This document shows, piece by piece, positions 37,922 to 47,748 of a stretch of DNA of 64,000 nt (position 1 is the first letter of the stretch; each line of letters begins with the position of its first letter). This stretch comes from Lentimicrobiaceae bacterium (lineage in GTDB: Bacteria; Bacteroidota; Bacteroidia; Bacteroidales; UBA4417): positions 9,332 to 73,331 of the forward strand of contig JAQVEX010000004.1 of the NCBI GenBank assembly GCA_028697555.1, read 5' to 3'. The translations under genes and the position numbers were made by a program. The notes under the pieces are model-generated. The model ran no database searches and had not been told where the DNA came from. It was given only the letters and a program-made list of their open reading frames with translations.

Positions 37922-39043
37922 TTAATGATTTAACAAATTGTTCAATATAAGGTCGGCGGCTCTGTCGGCTACGCCTTTTTCGCCAACTTTATTTTTCAAA
38001 ACTTTATAGTCGTCTTTCATTTTATTTATAGTCGTTTCATCGTTCAAAATAAGATTTAAGTGATGATATAAATTTTCCGAATTCAAATCGTTTTGTATCA
38101 ACTCTTTAACGACTTGCTTATCCATTATCAGGTTTACCAACGAGATAAATTTAACATCGACTATTTTTTTGGCTATAAAAAAAGATGCCGCACTTGTCTT
38201 GTAACAGACTACTTGCGGTACGTTGTACAAAGCCGTTTCTAAGGTTGCAGTCCCGCTGGTTACAAGCGCCGCACTTGCTACGGATAAAATATTGGATATT
38301 GGACTTTCTACAAGTTTTACATTGTCGTACGTTTTTACAACATCTTGATAAACTTTTTCGTCAATATTTTTCATTTTTGATATAACAGACTGATACTCAG
38401 GAAACTTATCAACCATTTGCATCATAATAGGCAACACTTTTTTTATTTCTTGCACACGACTACCAGGAATAAGAGCAATAACAGGCTTTGGCGACAAATT
38501 GTATTGCTTAATAAACGCGTCTTTCGTCTCTTGATTAACATCAACAAGCGAATCGACTAACGGATTTCCGACGTAATGAGCCGTATATCCGTATTTTGCG
38601 TAAAAATCGGTTTCAAAAGGCAAAATAACAAAAGCTAAGTCGGTGTATTTGTTAACTTTATGCACGCGATACTTTTTCCATGCCCAAACTTGCGGAGAAA
38701 TATAATAATAGACCTTAAAGTTTTTGCTTTTTGCAAATTTTGCAATACGCATGTTAAATCCCGGATAATCAACAAGAATAACAGCATCGGGTTGCCATTC
38801 CATAATATCCGACTTGCAAAACTTTATGTTTTTCAAAATTTCTGAAATATTAGCAAGCACTTCGACAAAACCCATGAACGCGAGGTCTTTGTAGTGCTTG
38901 ACTACATGTGCACCTTCGCTTTGCATTTTGTCGCCACCCCAACATCTGAATTCTGCATTGTTGTCGCCCTGACTGATAGCTTTAATCAATCTTGCAGCAT
39001 GCAAATCTCCCGATGCTTCGCCCGCTATTATGTAATATTTCAT
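37922..39043 (-). CDS. lpxB: Lipid-A-disaccharide synthase
   Basis: 373 aa. N-terminal MKYYIIAGEASGDLHAA, typical of LpxB. Confidence 0.9.
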   Translation of the reverse strand: MKYYIIAGEASGDLHAARLIKAISQGDNNAEFRCWGGDKMQSEGAHVVKHYKDLAFMGFVEVLANISEILKNIKFCKSDIMEWQPDAVILVDYPGFNMRIAKFAKSKNFKVYYYISPQVWAWKKYRVHKVNKYTDLAFVILPFETDFYAKYGYTAHYVGNPLVDSLVDVNQETKDAFIKQYNLSPKPVIALIPGSRVQEIKKVLPIMMQMVDKFPEYQSVISKMKNIDEKVYQDVVKTYDNVKLVESPISNILSVASAALVTSGTATLETALYNVPQVVCYKTSAASFFIAKKIVDVKFISLVNLIMDKQVVKELIQNDLNSENLYHHLNLILNDETTINKMKDDYKVLKNKVGEKGVADRAADLILNNLLNH

Positions 39044-39090
39044 ATTCTATTCGTTTTGATTACAACGCTTTAATGCATAGAATCAATTTT

Positions 39091-39396
39091 TTATTTTATC
39101 ATTATTTGATGCAATAATACCACCACAAAAATTATAACAAAACTTACTATCAGCACGCCCTTTCCAATCTGTTCTTTTTTGCTGATAATAAACATGTTAC
39201 GCATAATAATCAGGTTTGGAACACATGCAATTAAAAGCACTTTCAAAAGGTGAACGCTGTAGGTTTGCGTATAAAAAAAGGCTGCCGTGTAATATATTAC
39301 AAGTAGTATAACAGAAGTAACGGCAAAAACTGTCAAACCTAATGTCATTCCTGTTTGCAGGTTATCATTTTTTATTATTTTCTTAAAAAAACTCAT
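39091..39396 (-). CDS. Small hypothetical membrane protein (3 predicted TM helices)
   Basis: 101-aa ORF packed tightly between lpxB and surE. It is hydrophobic and I recognise no motif. Confidence 0.45.
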   Translation of the reverse strand: MSFFKKIIKNDNLQTGMTLGLTVFAVTSVILLVIYYTAAFFYTQTYSVHLLKVLLIACVPNLIIMRNMFIISKKEQIGKGVLIVSFVIIFVVVLLHQIMIK

Positions 39397-39398
39397 GA

Positions 39399-40172
39399 TT
39401 AGTATTCAAATTTCCATTTTCCTATTTCTTTTATGGTTTCGTGCGCAGTAAGGTCTAACTGCACCGGCACTATTGATATATACGAATTATCAAGTGCTAC
39501 CAAATCGTTGTCGTCATCTTCATCAATATTAATAAAATCGCCTGTAAGCCAATAGTACTCTCTGCCGTGTGGATCGGTTCTTTTGTCAAATCTTTCGTCC
39601 CAATAAGCTTTGGCTTGTCGGGTAACCTTAACGCCTTTAATCTTTCCGCAAGATGCCGCAGGTATATTGACATTGAGTGCCACGCGAGACGGCAGTTTTT
39701 CTTCCAACACATTGGCAACTATGGATTTAACGGCATCTATGCAATGGTCGAAGTTTGCATCAGGCATATAATCGCATAGCGAAAACCCAACCGCAGGAAT
39801 ATCGGACATAGCTCCTTCAATAGCAGCAGCCATAGTACCTGAATACGAAACGTTCAAAGACGAATTTGCTCCGTGGTTGATGCCCGAAACAATAAGATCC
39901 GGTTTGCGATTTAAAACCGCCCTGTATGCAAGTTTAACACAATCGGCAGGTGTTCCGTTACAACTGTACTCTCTATAATTTTCGGAAGAAGATATTTTTC
40001 TGATAAACAACGGATTAATAATTGTAACAGCATGCCCCATAGCCGATTGCGGCTTATCCGGTGCTAAAACAAGTATCTCGCCGAAATCCTTTACGCAATC
40101 TATAAGAGTTCGTAAGCCCTTGGCAAAAATTCCATCGTCGTTTGTAACTAATATTAATGGTTTATTATTCAT
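39399..40172 (-). CDS. surE: 5'/3'-nucleotidase SurE
   Basis: 257 aa. ILVTNDDGI and SGINHGAN motifs. Confidence 0.9.
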   Translation of the reverse strand: MNNKPLILVTNDDGIFAKGLRTLIDCVKDFGEILVLAPDKPQSAMGHAVTIINPLFIRKISSSENYREYSCNGTPADCVKLAYRAVLNRKPDLIVSGINHGANSSLNVSYSGTMAAAIEGAMSDIPAVGFSLCDYMPDANFDHCIDAVKSIVANVLEEKLPSRVALNVNIPAASCGKIKGVKVTRQAKAYWDERFDKRTDPHGREYYWLTGDFINIDEDDDNDLVALDNSYISIVPVQLDLTAHETIKEIGKWKFEY

Positions 40173-40773
40173 TTTCTGTGTTTCTTTCTATAAATTTAAT
40201 TAACTGTTTGCAGAACGTATGCATAGGAAAACCAACTATGTTGTAGTAACATCCTTCAATACGTTCAACTCCTACAAGTCCAATCCATTCTTGAATGCCG
40301 TAAGCACCAGCCTTGTCGAAAGGTTTGTAGTTTTTTACATAAAAATCGATATCGCCTTCCGACAAATTGCCGAATGTAACTGTTGTTTCTTCAACGAAAA
40401 CAGATTGAAACTTATTGTTTCTGATGCAAACTCCGGTATATACCTTATGCGATTTGTCGCTCAGAATGGAGAGCATTTTTTTGGCTTCCACCTCGTCGTG
40501 TGGTTTGTTTAAAATACTATCGCCAAATACAACTACCGTATCAGCCGTTACAAGTATATTATTGTCCTTGAGTTTGGAAGTATCGTATGCGTGAGATTTT
40601 TTCTGACAAATATGCAAAGGCACTTCTGACACATGCAGGTCTCGCGGAAAACTTTCGTCGGCATTTATATCAACAACTGTAAAATCAAGACCCGTTTGCT
40701 TAAACAGGTCTATACGCCTTTGCGACTTTGAAGCCAACAACAATCTGTAATTTTTTATCTTGTCAAATATCAT
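40165..40773 (-). CDS. maf: Maf-family nucleoside triphosphate pyrophosphatase
   Basis: LLLASKSQRR, ..ADTVV.., DKAGAYGIQ motifs. The ATG at 40773 is preferred over the TTG at 40791, which would overlap kdsC. Confidence 0.85.
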   Translation of the reverse strand: MIFDKIKNYRLLLASKSQRRIDLFKQTGLDFTVVDINADESFPRDLHVSEVPLHICQKKSHAYDTSKLKDNNILVTADTVVVFGDSILNKPHDEVEAKKMLSILSDKSHKVYTGVCIRNNKFQSVFVEETTVTFGNLSEGDIDFYVKNYKPFDKAGAYGIQEWIGLVGVERIEGCYYNIVGFPMHTFCKQLIKFIERNTENE

Positions 40774-40784
40774 CAGCGAAAAAA

Positions 40785-41306
40785 TTACCAATTAATTGAA
40801 TTTTCGGTTCCCCACTTGCCTTGCACTTTAAGCACTTGCTGAATGATATCTCTAACGCAGCCTTCGCCTCCGTTTTTTGGCGAAATATAGTTTGAAATTT
40901 CTTTAATTTCGTCGCTGGCATCGGCGGGACAAGCAGCAATACCAACGCAACGCATAACTTCTATATCGGGAATGTCGTCGCCCATGTATAATATTTCTTC
41001 GTGCTTCAAATTATATTTTTCTACGAACTCCTTATACACCGACATCTTGTTTTTTGAATTAAGATAAACATCAGTAATACCTAAGAGTTCCATTCGCTTT
41101 GTAACCGATTCGGAGTAGCCGCCCGAAATAATTGCAATTCGGTAATTTTCCTTTACAGCCAATTGAAGTGCGTAGCCATCCTTTACGTTGGAGTAACGAA
41201 TTACCACACCCGAATCTAACATAGCAACTATGTTGCCTCCTAAAACTCCGTCGTAATCGAAAATAAAAGTGGTTATATTTTTTAATCTTTCGCGATAATT
41301 TAGCAT
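40785..41306 (-). CDS. kdsC: 3-deoxy-D-manno-octulosonate 8-phosphate phosphatase (HAD, YrbI family)
   Basis: 173 aa. FDYDGVL and YMGDDIPD HAD motifs. Confidence 0.8.
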   Translation of the reverse strand: MLNYRERLKNITTFIFDYDGVLGGNIVAMLDSGVVIRYSNVKDGYALQLAVKENYRIAIISGGYSESVTKRMELLGITDVYLNSKNKMSVYKEFVEKYNLKHEEILYMGDDIPDIEVMRCVGIAACPADASDEIKEISNYISPKNGGEGCVRDIIQQVLKVQGKWGTENSINW

Positions 41307-41375
41307 GTCGATTTTTTACTCATAATTATTTTTACAATGCAAAGATACAAATAAATAACCGAAGTAATGCTGTTT

Positions 41376-42149
41376 CTATGCGTAAAGTTTGCCGATTTCG
41401 TCAGCCAATATTTTGTAGATGTTTGCGTACTGTTCGTACTGTTCTGATAAAGTTTTTTTGTGTAGCTGTATGGTCTTAACATCGTGCCTTCTGGCTGGTC
41501 CTGTCATTGAATCGTAGGCATTGGACTTGATTGTTTTTTCAACTACTCCTTTTATCAATGGATGCAGCGCATCAAACGGCAGATTGTTTCGTTTTAAAAT
41601 ATCTTCGGCAATAATGTACATAAAGTTGGAATAATTTCCGGCAAAAACTGCCGAAATATGAAGGAACAAACGCTGCTCAGAACTAGCTTTATAGACCTTA
41701 TCGGAGATTTGTTTACCAAGACTTTGCAATAAGTTTTGGTCTTCTTCGTTTTTGGTTTCAATAAAAATCAGCACTTCCTTAAAATCGACTTCTTTGCCTT
41801 TGGTGAAGGTTTGCAATGGATAAAATACAGCAGGTCTTTTTATTTTATCGGACAAAGAATCAATGCTGACAGAGCCCGAAGTATGAGCCAAAATGCCTTC
41901 AAAATCGGCAAACTCAGAAGACATAACACTGATAGCATCGTCGTTTATTGCCATTATCACAATATTGCTTTTGGTTTTGACTTCTTGCATGCTGTTAAAC
42001 CTGTGAACATCAAATTGTTGTTGAATTTCGGCTGATGCGACATCGTTTCTTGCCCAAAAACCTATGACATTAATATTGTTTTTCTTGAAAACATTTATCA
42101 AATGCCACGCTACATTGCCGCTGCCTATTATTGATATATTATACTTCAT
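41376..42149 (-). CDS. Rossmann-fold NAD(P)-binding protein with a DUF2520-like C-terminal domain
   Basis: 257 aa. N-terminal ISIIGSGNVAWHL dinucleotide fold. Confidence 0.6.
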   Translation of the reverse strand: MKYNISIIGSGNVAWHLINVFKKNNINVIGFWARNDVASAEIQQQFDVHRFNSMQEVKTKSNIVIMAINDDAISVMSSEFADFEGILAHTSGSVSIDSLSDKIKRPAVFYPLQTFTKGKEVDFKEVLIFIETKNEEDQNLLQSLGKQISDKVYKASSEQRLFLHISAVFAGNYSNFMYIIAEDILKRNNLPFDALHPLIKGVVEKTIKSNAYDSMTGPARRHDVKTIQLHKKTLSEQYEQYANIYKILADEIGKLYA

Positions 42150-44487
42150 GATTACGTTTTTTTATTCCTGAAAGAATTACGCCCGCGAATAAAAGCGTAA
42201 CGCCCGACCAAACCAAAATAATAAATGGAAATTTGAGCATTTTTACCAAAATGTACGGCGAAGTTTTTTTGTAAAAACCCAAAACTATATCCGTCGATTT
42301 ATCTGCAACATTCTCGAACCTGACAAAAGTGTCGGTTCCGCTAATTTCCGAATCTACACGCTGCACAATGCCGCCTACAATGTTAAAACAAGGATTTATC
42401 GTGTATGTACTGTCGTTTTGAGCACTCATTACGGCACATATTGAAAGATTGTCAATGTCTTTGCCGTCGTACTTAACATTGATATCATTAATTACGAACT
42501 TAGTATTGTCGAATATCACGGTATCGCCTATTCCTTTTTCAACTTCCAAGAGTTTGTCATACTTTTCGCCATCAGCATTTTGCGAATACTGTAAAATGTA
42601 TGTGTAAATATCGCTTGTCAAAAAATGCTTTACATCGGGATTGTAAACAGATCCAAAGGTTGGATTGGCATTAACCGAAGGATACAAAGAAAACGATTTG
42701 CTTTTACCCGATTTCTTAAAATCTATGCGATAAAAGGTTTCGTCACGCTCTGTGTGGCTTTCGCTGTAGTTAATAATATAATTCCCAATGTTTACATCCT
42801 TGCCTTTGGTTAATAAAATTCCCGAATTATCGTTGTTAACATCAGTTTGATGCATTATTTTCGACTGCCCGAAAGCAATAATAACACCCAACATAAAAAT
42901 TCCCGTTCCTATATGCGAAATATTTGCTCCTAATTTTTTAAAAGAATAACGCAATGCGAGTTTGTATATTCCGCCAACACAAATCAACACCGAAAAAAAC
43001 ATTAAAGCTAAGTAGCCAAGGTTTTTGTTTGGTAAAAAGATAAAAATAATTAAAGTTACCACAAGCGAAATTACTACCTGCAACAATAGACTTTTGTACT
43101 TGGCTTTGAAATCATTTTTGCCGTATTTTAGCGAAACGCTAATAAATATGCAGAAAAATATTACGCAGACTAAAGGCAACTGCCATTGATTGTAGTACTG
43201 CACAGGATTGACAGGCGGAGCATAGTTTATATTAAAGACATTGTTTATTACAGGCAGCGATGTTGTTAGAATAATTTGGAATGCCGAAACTAAAATGAAA
43301 ACCACGCCAATAATCAGCCAAAATTCGCGCGACAATATCTTGTCTTTTACGTCCTGATTGGGAATTGTTTTTAGTCTTACCACCAAAAAACCAACAGGTA
43401 TAAGCAAGGCAAGCAAACACAGCACTACCATTTGCGGCGAAAGTACATTGACACCAAAACTATGCACCGACGTTTGTCCCAAAACTCCGCTTCGGGTAAG
43501 GTAAGTAGCGTAGATTATGAAAAAATAACTCAAAAACACTAACAAATATGAAAGTGTATGCAGTCGTTTTTTCTTGTCGGTAAGAGCCAACATGTGCATT
43601 GATGCAAGAAGTAAAAGCCAAGGAACCAAAGATGCATTTTCGACAGGATCCCAAGCCCAAAAGCCACCAAAAGTCAATGACTCGTAAGCCCATCTGCCTC
43701 CCAAAATTATACCCAGACCTAAAACAACAAGTGAATATCTTGTCCAAGCTCTTGTGGGTTTTAGCCATGTTTTATAATCTTTTTCAACGAGTGAAGCCAA
43801 GGCGTAACTGTATGGCACAAGACTTACGGCATATCCCACGAAAAGCACCGGCGGGTGCACTATCATCCAAACATTTTGCAATAAAGGATTTAAACCGTTG
43901 CCGTCTGTAATTTTGGAGAGATAATCGGCTTGATGAAAAAATTCCAATTTTAAGTTTTCGGGAACTTCGCGTAATAATTGGAAAGGACTTACACCTATCA
44001 CAAAACCCTTAACATCAATGCCTAACATCATGCTGATAAGCAATATTTGCACTATCGAAAAAACCATCATTACGGTTCTTTTCAACTCTTTGGCTGTCAG
44101 CAACAATACCGCTCCAACTATAGCTTGCACAAAAGCCCAAAACAAAAACGAGCCTTCCTGACCTGCCCAAAAACTTGATATAAGCAAACTCAAAGGAGTG
44201 TCTTTTGAAGTGTAACGCCAAACGTAAGAATACTCAAACTTGTGAGTTAGTATTATGTAGTAGAAAACCAAAACGGCTCCAAAAAGAAAAACCAAGTGAA
44301 ACCAATAAAACGCCGCTGCACTTTTTAAGTTGCTTTCGTTGTCCTTATTGCTTTTCAAACTGACCACAACGCCTGCAATCAGAGCAATTATGGCTGAAAA
44401 AATAAAAGTCTTGCCCAATTGCCCTGCAATAAGGCATTCGCCCTGAAAATACGAAGACGAAAAAAGATTTAGTAAAATATTATTCAT
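42139..44487 (-). CDS. Cytochrome c assembly / heme lyase protein of the CcmF/CcsA family
   Basis: 782 aa and polytopic. Trp-rich heme-handling motif GGFWAWDPVENASLVPWL. Confidence 0.8.
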   Translation of the reverse strand: MNNILLNLFSSSYFQGECLIAGQLGKTFIFSAIIALIAGVVVSLKSNKDNESNLKSAAAFYWFHLVFLFGAVLVFYYIILTHKFEYSYVWRYTSKDTPLSLLISSFWAGQEGSFLFWAFVQAIVGAVLLLTAKELKRTVMMVFSIVQILLISMMLGIDVKGFVIGVSPFQLLREVPENLKLEFFHQADYLSKITDGNGLNPLLQNVWMIVHPPVLFVGYAVSLVPYSYALASLVEKDYKTWLKPTRAWTRYSLVVLGLGIILGGRWAYESLTFGGFWAWDPVENASLVPWLLLLASMHMLALTDKKKRLHTLSYLLVFLSYFFIIYATYLTRSGVLGQTSVHSFGVNVLSPQMVVLCLLALLIPVGFLVVRLKTIPNQDVKDKILSREFWLIIGVVFILVSAFQIILTTSLPVINNVFNINYAPPVNPVQYYNQWQLPLVCVIFFCIFISVSLKYGKNDFKAKYKSLLLQVVISLVVTLIIFIFLPNKNLGYLALMFFSVLICVGGIYKLALRYSFKKLGANISHIGTGIFMLGVIIAFGQSKIMHQTDVNNDNSGILLTKGKDVNIGNYIINYSESHTERDETFYRIDFKKSGKSKSFSLYPSVNANPTFGSVYNPDVKHFLTSDIYTYILQYSQNADGEKYDKLLEVEKGIGDTVIFDNTKFVINDINVKYDGKDIDNLSICAVMSAQNDSTYTINPCFNIVGGIVQRVDSEISGTDTFVRFENVADKSTDIVLGFYKKTSPYILVKMLKFPFIILVWSGVTLLFAGVILSGIKKRNHEV

Positions 44488-44526
44488 AAAAGAACAGATT
44501 ATCGCGATAAAGCAAATATATATATT

Positions 44527-45657
44527 TTACAATCTGTTGGTTAATTTTGGCAAAATATTTCTTTTCCAAGTTTCAAAATCCCCATCAATTATGTGTTTGC
44601 GTGCCTCTTTGACCAACCACAAATAAAAAGCCAAGTTATGATTGCTGGCAATCATAGGTCCTAGCATTTCGTTAGATTTGAAAAGATGTCGCACATACGC
44701 TTTAGTGTAGGTTTTATCGACGTACGAAGTTCCGTTTTCGTCTAATGGCGAGAAATCATCTTCCCATTTTTGATTTTTCAAATTTATTATCCCTTCCGAT
44801 GTGAAAATCATTCCGTTTCTGCCGTTTCGGGTAGGCATTACGCAGTCGAACATATCAACTCCAAGCGAAATGGATTCCAAAATGTTTTCGGGAGTACCTA
44901 CACCCATAAGGTATCGGGGTTTGTCATGCGGCAATATATCCGTAACCAAATCGGTGAGTTCGTACATTATTTCAACAGGTTCGCCGACTGAAAGTCCGCC
45001 AATGGCATTGCCCGATGCCTCGTAGCTGCTGATAACCTCAGCCGACTGCCTGCGTAGGTCTTTGTAAACACTTCCCTGCACTATAGGAAACAAAAATTGC
45101 CTGTGATTGTAAATAGGTTCAGTCGATTTAAAATGATTTACGCATCTTTGTAACCAACTATGAGTTAAATCCAAGGATTTTTTCGCATAATCGTAGTCGC
45201 AAGGGAACGGAGCACATTCGTCGAAAGCCATAATTATATCGGCTCCAATAATTCTTTGAATTTCAATAACTTTCTCCGGCGAAAAAAAGTGCCTAGAACC
45301 GTCTATATGCGATTGAAAAGTTACTCCTTCGGGAGTGATTTTGCGAGTTTGACTCAACGAATAAACCTGATAACCTCCGCTATCGGTCAGCATTGGCTTG
45401 TTCCAAGCATTAAACTTTTGTATTCCGCCGGCTTTCCGAATTATTTCAGTTCCCGAACGAAGATATAAATGGTAAGTATTGCCCAAAATTATTTGAGCTC
45501 CGACATCTTCCTTAACATCTTGAATATGAACACCTTTAACACTGCCAACCGTGCCGACAGGCATAAAAATAGGAGTTTCAATAATTCCGTTGTCGGTAAC
45601 AATAGTACCGGCTCTGGCTTTGCTGTCCTGCGATGTTTTATTTAAAGTGAATTTCAT
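44527..45657 (-). CDS. tgt: tRNA-guanine transglycosylase (queuine tRNA-ribosyltransferase)
   Basis: TPIFMPVGT, LTDSGGYQV, GLSVGE and the Zn-site C.MPTRNGRNG. The ATG at 45657 is preferred over the TTG at 45675. Confidence 0.9.
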   Translation of the reverse strand: MKFTLNKTSQDSKARAGTIVTDNGIIETPIFMPVGTVGSVKGVHIQDVKEDVGAQIILGNTYHLYLRSGTEIIRKAGGIQKFNAWNKPMLTDSGGYQVYSLSQTRKITPEGVTFQSHIDGSRHFFSPEKVIEIQRIIGADIIMAFDECAPFPCDYDYAKKSLDLTHSWLQRCVNHFKSTEPIYNHRQFLFPIVQGSVYKDLRRQSAEVISSYEASGNAIGGLSVGEPVEIMYELTDLVTDILPHDKPRYLMGVGTPENILESISLGVDMFDCVMPTRNGRNGMIFTSEGIINLKNQKWEDDFSPLDENGTSYVDKTYTKAYVRHLFKSNEMLGPMIASNHNLAFYLWLVKEARKHIIDGDFETWKRNILPKLTNRL

Positions 45658-45697
45658 AGTGTTTAATTGGTGCAAAAGTAGTGTTTTTTGGTTAATA

Positions 45698-45810
45698 TTG
45701 GCTATTAGCCGTTGGCTATTGGCTGTTGGCTATTTGTCCCGAAGTTTCGGGACGGGTTGCGGGGTACGTGGTGCGGGTTGTCATGCAATTAGCAATGAAC
45801 AATTAGCAAT
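45698..45810. repeat. Mosaic element: GCTATTR/GCCGTTG units, hairpin GTCCCGAAGTTTCGGGAC, GGGTTGC/GGGGTAC/GTGGTGC G-rich heptamers, GCAATTA units.
   Basis: Read directly. The 18-nt hairpin (45736..45753) is identical to the one at 47712..47729. Confidence 0.9.
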
Positions 45811-45910
45811 CCTGCGGTGGCTGAGCAAAGTAGAAACCAAGCGGGATTGGTACAGGTAATGGGGGTCTTAGATGTTTTACAATCACATAACTGAAAAATA
45901 ATATTAATTA

Positions 45911-45941
45911 TTTGCAAAATAATAGCGTTATATTAACTTTG
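45911..45941 (+). promoter_or_regulatory. Bacteroidota-type promoter candidate: TTTG, 19 nt spacer, TAACTTTG
   Basis: TTTG at 45911..45914 and TAnnTTTG at 45934..45941, 28 nt upstream of the ATG at 45970. Confidence 0.5.
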
Positions 45942-45969
45942 TAGTAAAACATATAACAAATATTTAGCT

Positions 45970-46560
45970 ATGAAATCTAAGATTACAATATTTTGCCTAA
46001 TGTTAGTCTTGTTGCTAACAAACAGTTGTACCCAAAAATTATACATGATGTATGCGGGAATGCACGAGCCAAAAGTTGAAACCACAGAGTCTTTACGCAA
46101 ATACATGCGAAAGATAAAAATGACTTCGGATAATGTGTTTACAACTAAAAATATCGAAAGCTTTCAAAATCAGTTGTTTTTTGCAGGTGGAAGCGTACCC
46201 GAAGCTTTAATATTTAATAAAAACTTAGATAATATCATTTACCGCGACACCAACGAATGCAATGCACATGCTTTTAGTGCAATTTTAGAACTGGATAAAA
46301 ACAAAACGTATCAGATAAACGATTTAGTTAAATTTAATGATATTAACGCTGGATTATGCGACTTAGAAGGTAACCCAACCAAAATAACTGTAAACGATAA
46401 CTCCGATTTTTTGGTTGTTATTTATTGGGCTAAATTCACAGGCAGACTAAACAAAGACCACGTTAATGTTTGGGAAAAAGACGCAATTAAAAATACCAAC
46501 GCAAATATACAAGTAGTAAAAATTAATTTAGACCAATTGTCTTTTTGGGGAAACGAATGA
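45970..46560 (+). CDS. Hypothetical lipoprotein
   Basis: 196 aa. Signal plus lipobox LLLTNSC. I recognise no catalytic motif. Confidence 0.55.
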   Translation: MKSKITIFCLMLVLLLTNSCTQKLYMMYAGMHEPKVETTESLRKYMRKIKMTSDNVFTTKNIESFQNQLFFAGGSVPEALIFNKNLDNIIYRDTNECNAHAFSAILELDKNKTYQINDLVKFNDINAGLCDLEGNPTKITVNDNSDFLVVIYWAKFTGRLNKDHVNVWEKDAIKNTNANIQVVKINLDQLSFWGNE

Positions 46561-46609
46561 TTATTCCAAAACAACAAAACTACATATATAAAAATTAATA
46601 ATTAAAGTT

Positions 46610-47668
46610 GTGAAATTAGTATTAAAAATTTTCTTAGCCATAATTATTATTGCAATTGTGGCTTTCGCCTCTTTGTTGCTGTATTTAAGTGTTACCAAAT
46701 ACAAACCAAGCGAGCAAGAAACCTTGTATATATCCGATGGCGACACCATAACAGTTGATAGCAGCCGCATTTTTAACGTTATGATATGGAATATCGGTTA
46801 TGCCGGTTTAGACCAAAGCATGGATTTCTTTTACGATGGTGGCAAAAAGGTGCGTCCGACAAAAGAACAATCGGAGCTTAACTTTAATAATATTTTGCAA
46901 ACCGTGCATGAGTTGGGTAACTCCGCAGACTTTATTCTTTTGCAAGAAGTTGATGAAAAATCGAAAAGGAGTTATAAAACTAATCAGATGAATGAGTTTT
47001 GTGTCAATTTCCCTGACCGCTGTAGCAGTTTCGCCCTTAATTACAACGTTAGATTTGTACCCGTACCTGTAAAAAGTCCTATGGGAAGTGTAAAAAGCGG
47101 CTTGCTGACCTTAAGCTCAATCACTCCTACAAGCTCTGTCCGTTACTCGTTTCCAAGCAGTTATGGATTCCCTAAAAATTTGGCTATGTTAAATCGTTGT
47201 TTTTTAGTAAACAGATACGATCTCAGCAATGGCAAGCAATTGCTGATTATAAATACGCATAATTCTGCTTACGACGATGGCAGCATGAGAAAGCAAGAAA
47301 TGGATTACCTTAAAACATTTTTGACTTCCGAATATCAGAAAGGTAATTATATTGTCGTTGGTGGCGACTGGAACCAGTGTCCGCCCAACTTCAATTATAA
47401 ATATACTGATGACGTCTTCGACAGTATAAATAAATTAGATATCCCATCAGACTACCTTCCCGACTGGACTTGGTCATACGACCCATACACTCCAACAAAC
47501 AGAAGAGTTATAATTCCTTATACAAAAGGCGAAACAGCCACAACAATAATCGACTATTATTTGCTTTCGCCAAATTTAAAATTATTGTCTGTAACCGGTG
47601 TTAATAAAGAGTTTGCCTCATCAGACCATAATCCGGTTTTGTTGACGTTTGCATTCGGTGATTGGTGA
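46610..47668 (+). CDS. Endonuclease/exonuclease/phosphatase (EEP) family protein, membrane-anchored
   Basis: 352 aa with a GTG start before the TM helix. LLQEV, NTHN and the C-terminal SDHNPV motif. The last codons and TGA stop come from the GGTGATN array. Confidence 0.75.
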   Translation: MKLVLKIFLAIIIIAIVAFASLLLYLSVTKYKPSEQETLYISDGDTITVDSSRIFNVMIWNIGYAGLDQSMDFFYDGGKKVRPTKEQSELNFNNILQTVHELGNSADFILLQEVDEKSKRSYKTNQMNEFCVNFPDRCSSFALNYNVRFVPVPVKSPMGSVKSGLLTLSSITPTSSVRYSFPSSYGFPKNLAMLNRCFLVNRYDLSNGKQLLIINTHNSAYDDGSMRKQEMDYLKTFLTSEYQKGNYIVVGGDWNQCPPNFNYKYTDDVFDSINKLDIPSDYLPDWTWSYDPYTPTNRRVIIPYTKGETATTIIDYYLLSPNLKLLSVTGVNKEFASSDHNPVLLTFAFGDW

Positions 47669-47741
47669 TGGGTGATGGGTGATGGGTGATGGGTGATGCG
47701 TGGTGCGGGTTGTCCCGAAGTTTCGGGACGGGTTACGAGTT
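47657..47741. repeat. Mosaic element: GGTGATT, GGTGATG x5, CGTGGTG, CGGGTTG, hairpin GTCCCGAAGTTTCGGGAC, GGGTTACGAG.
   Basis: Read directly. It contains four GGG tracts with 4-nt TGAT loops at 47670..47693. Confidence 0.9.
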
Positions 47742-47748
47742 TCAATAA

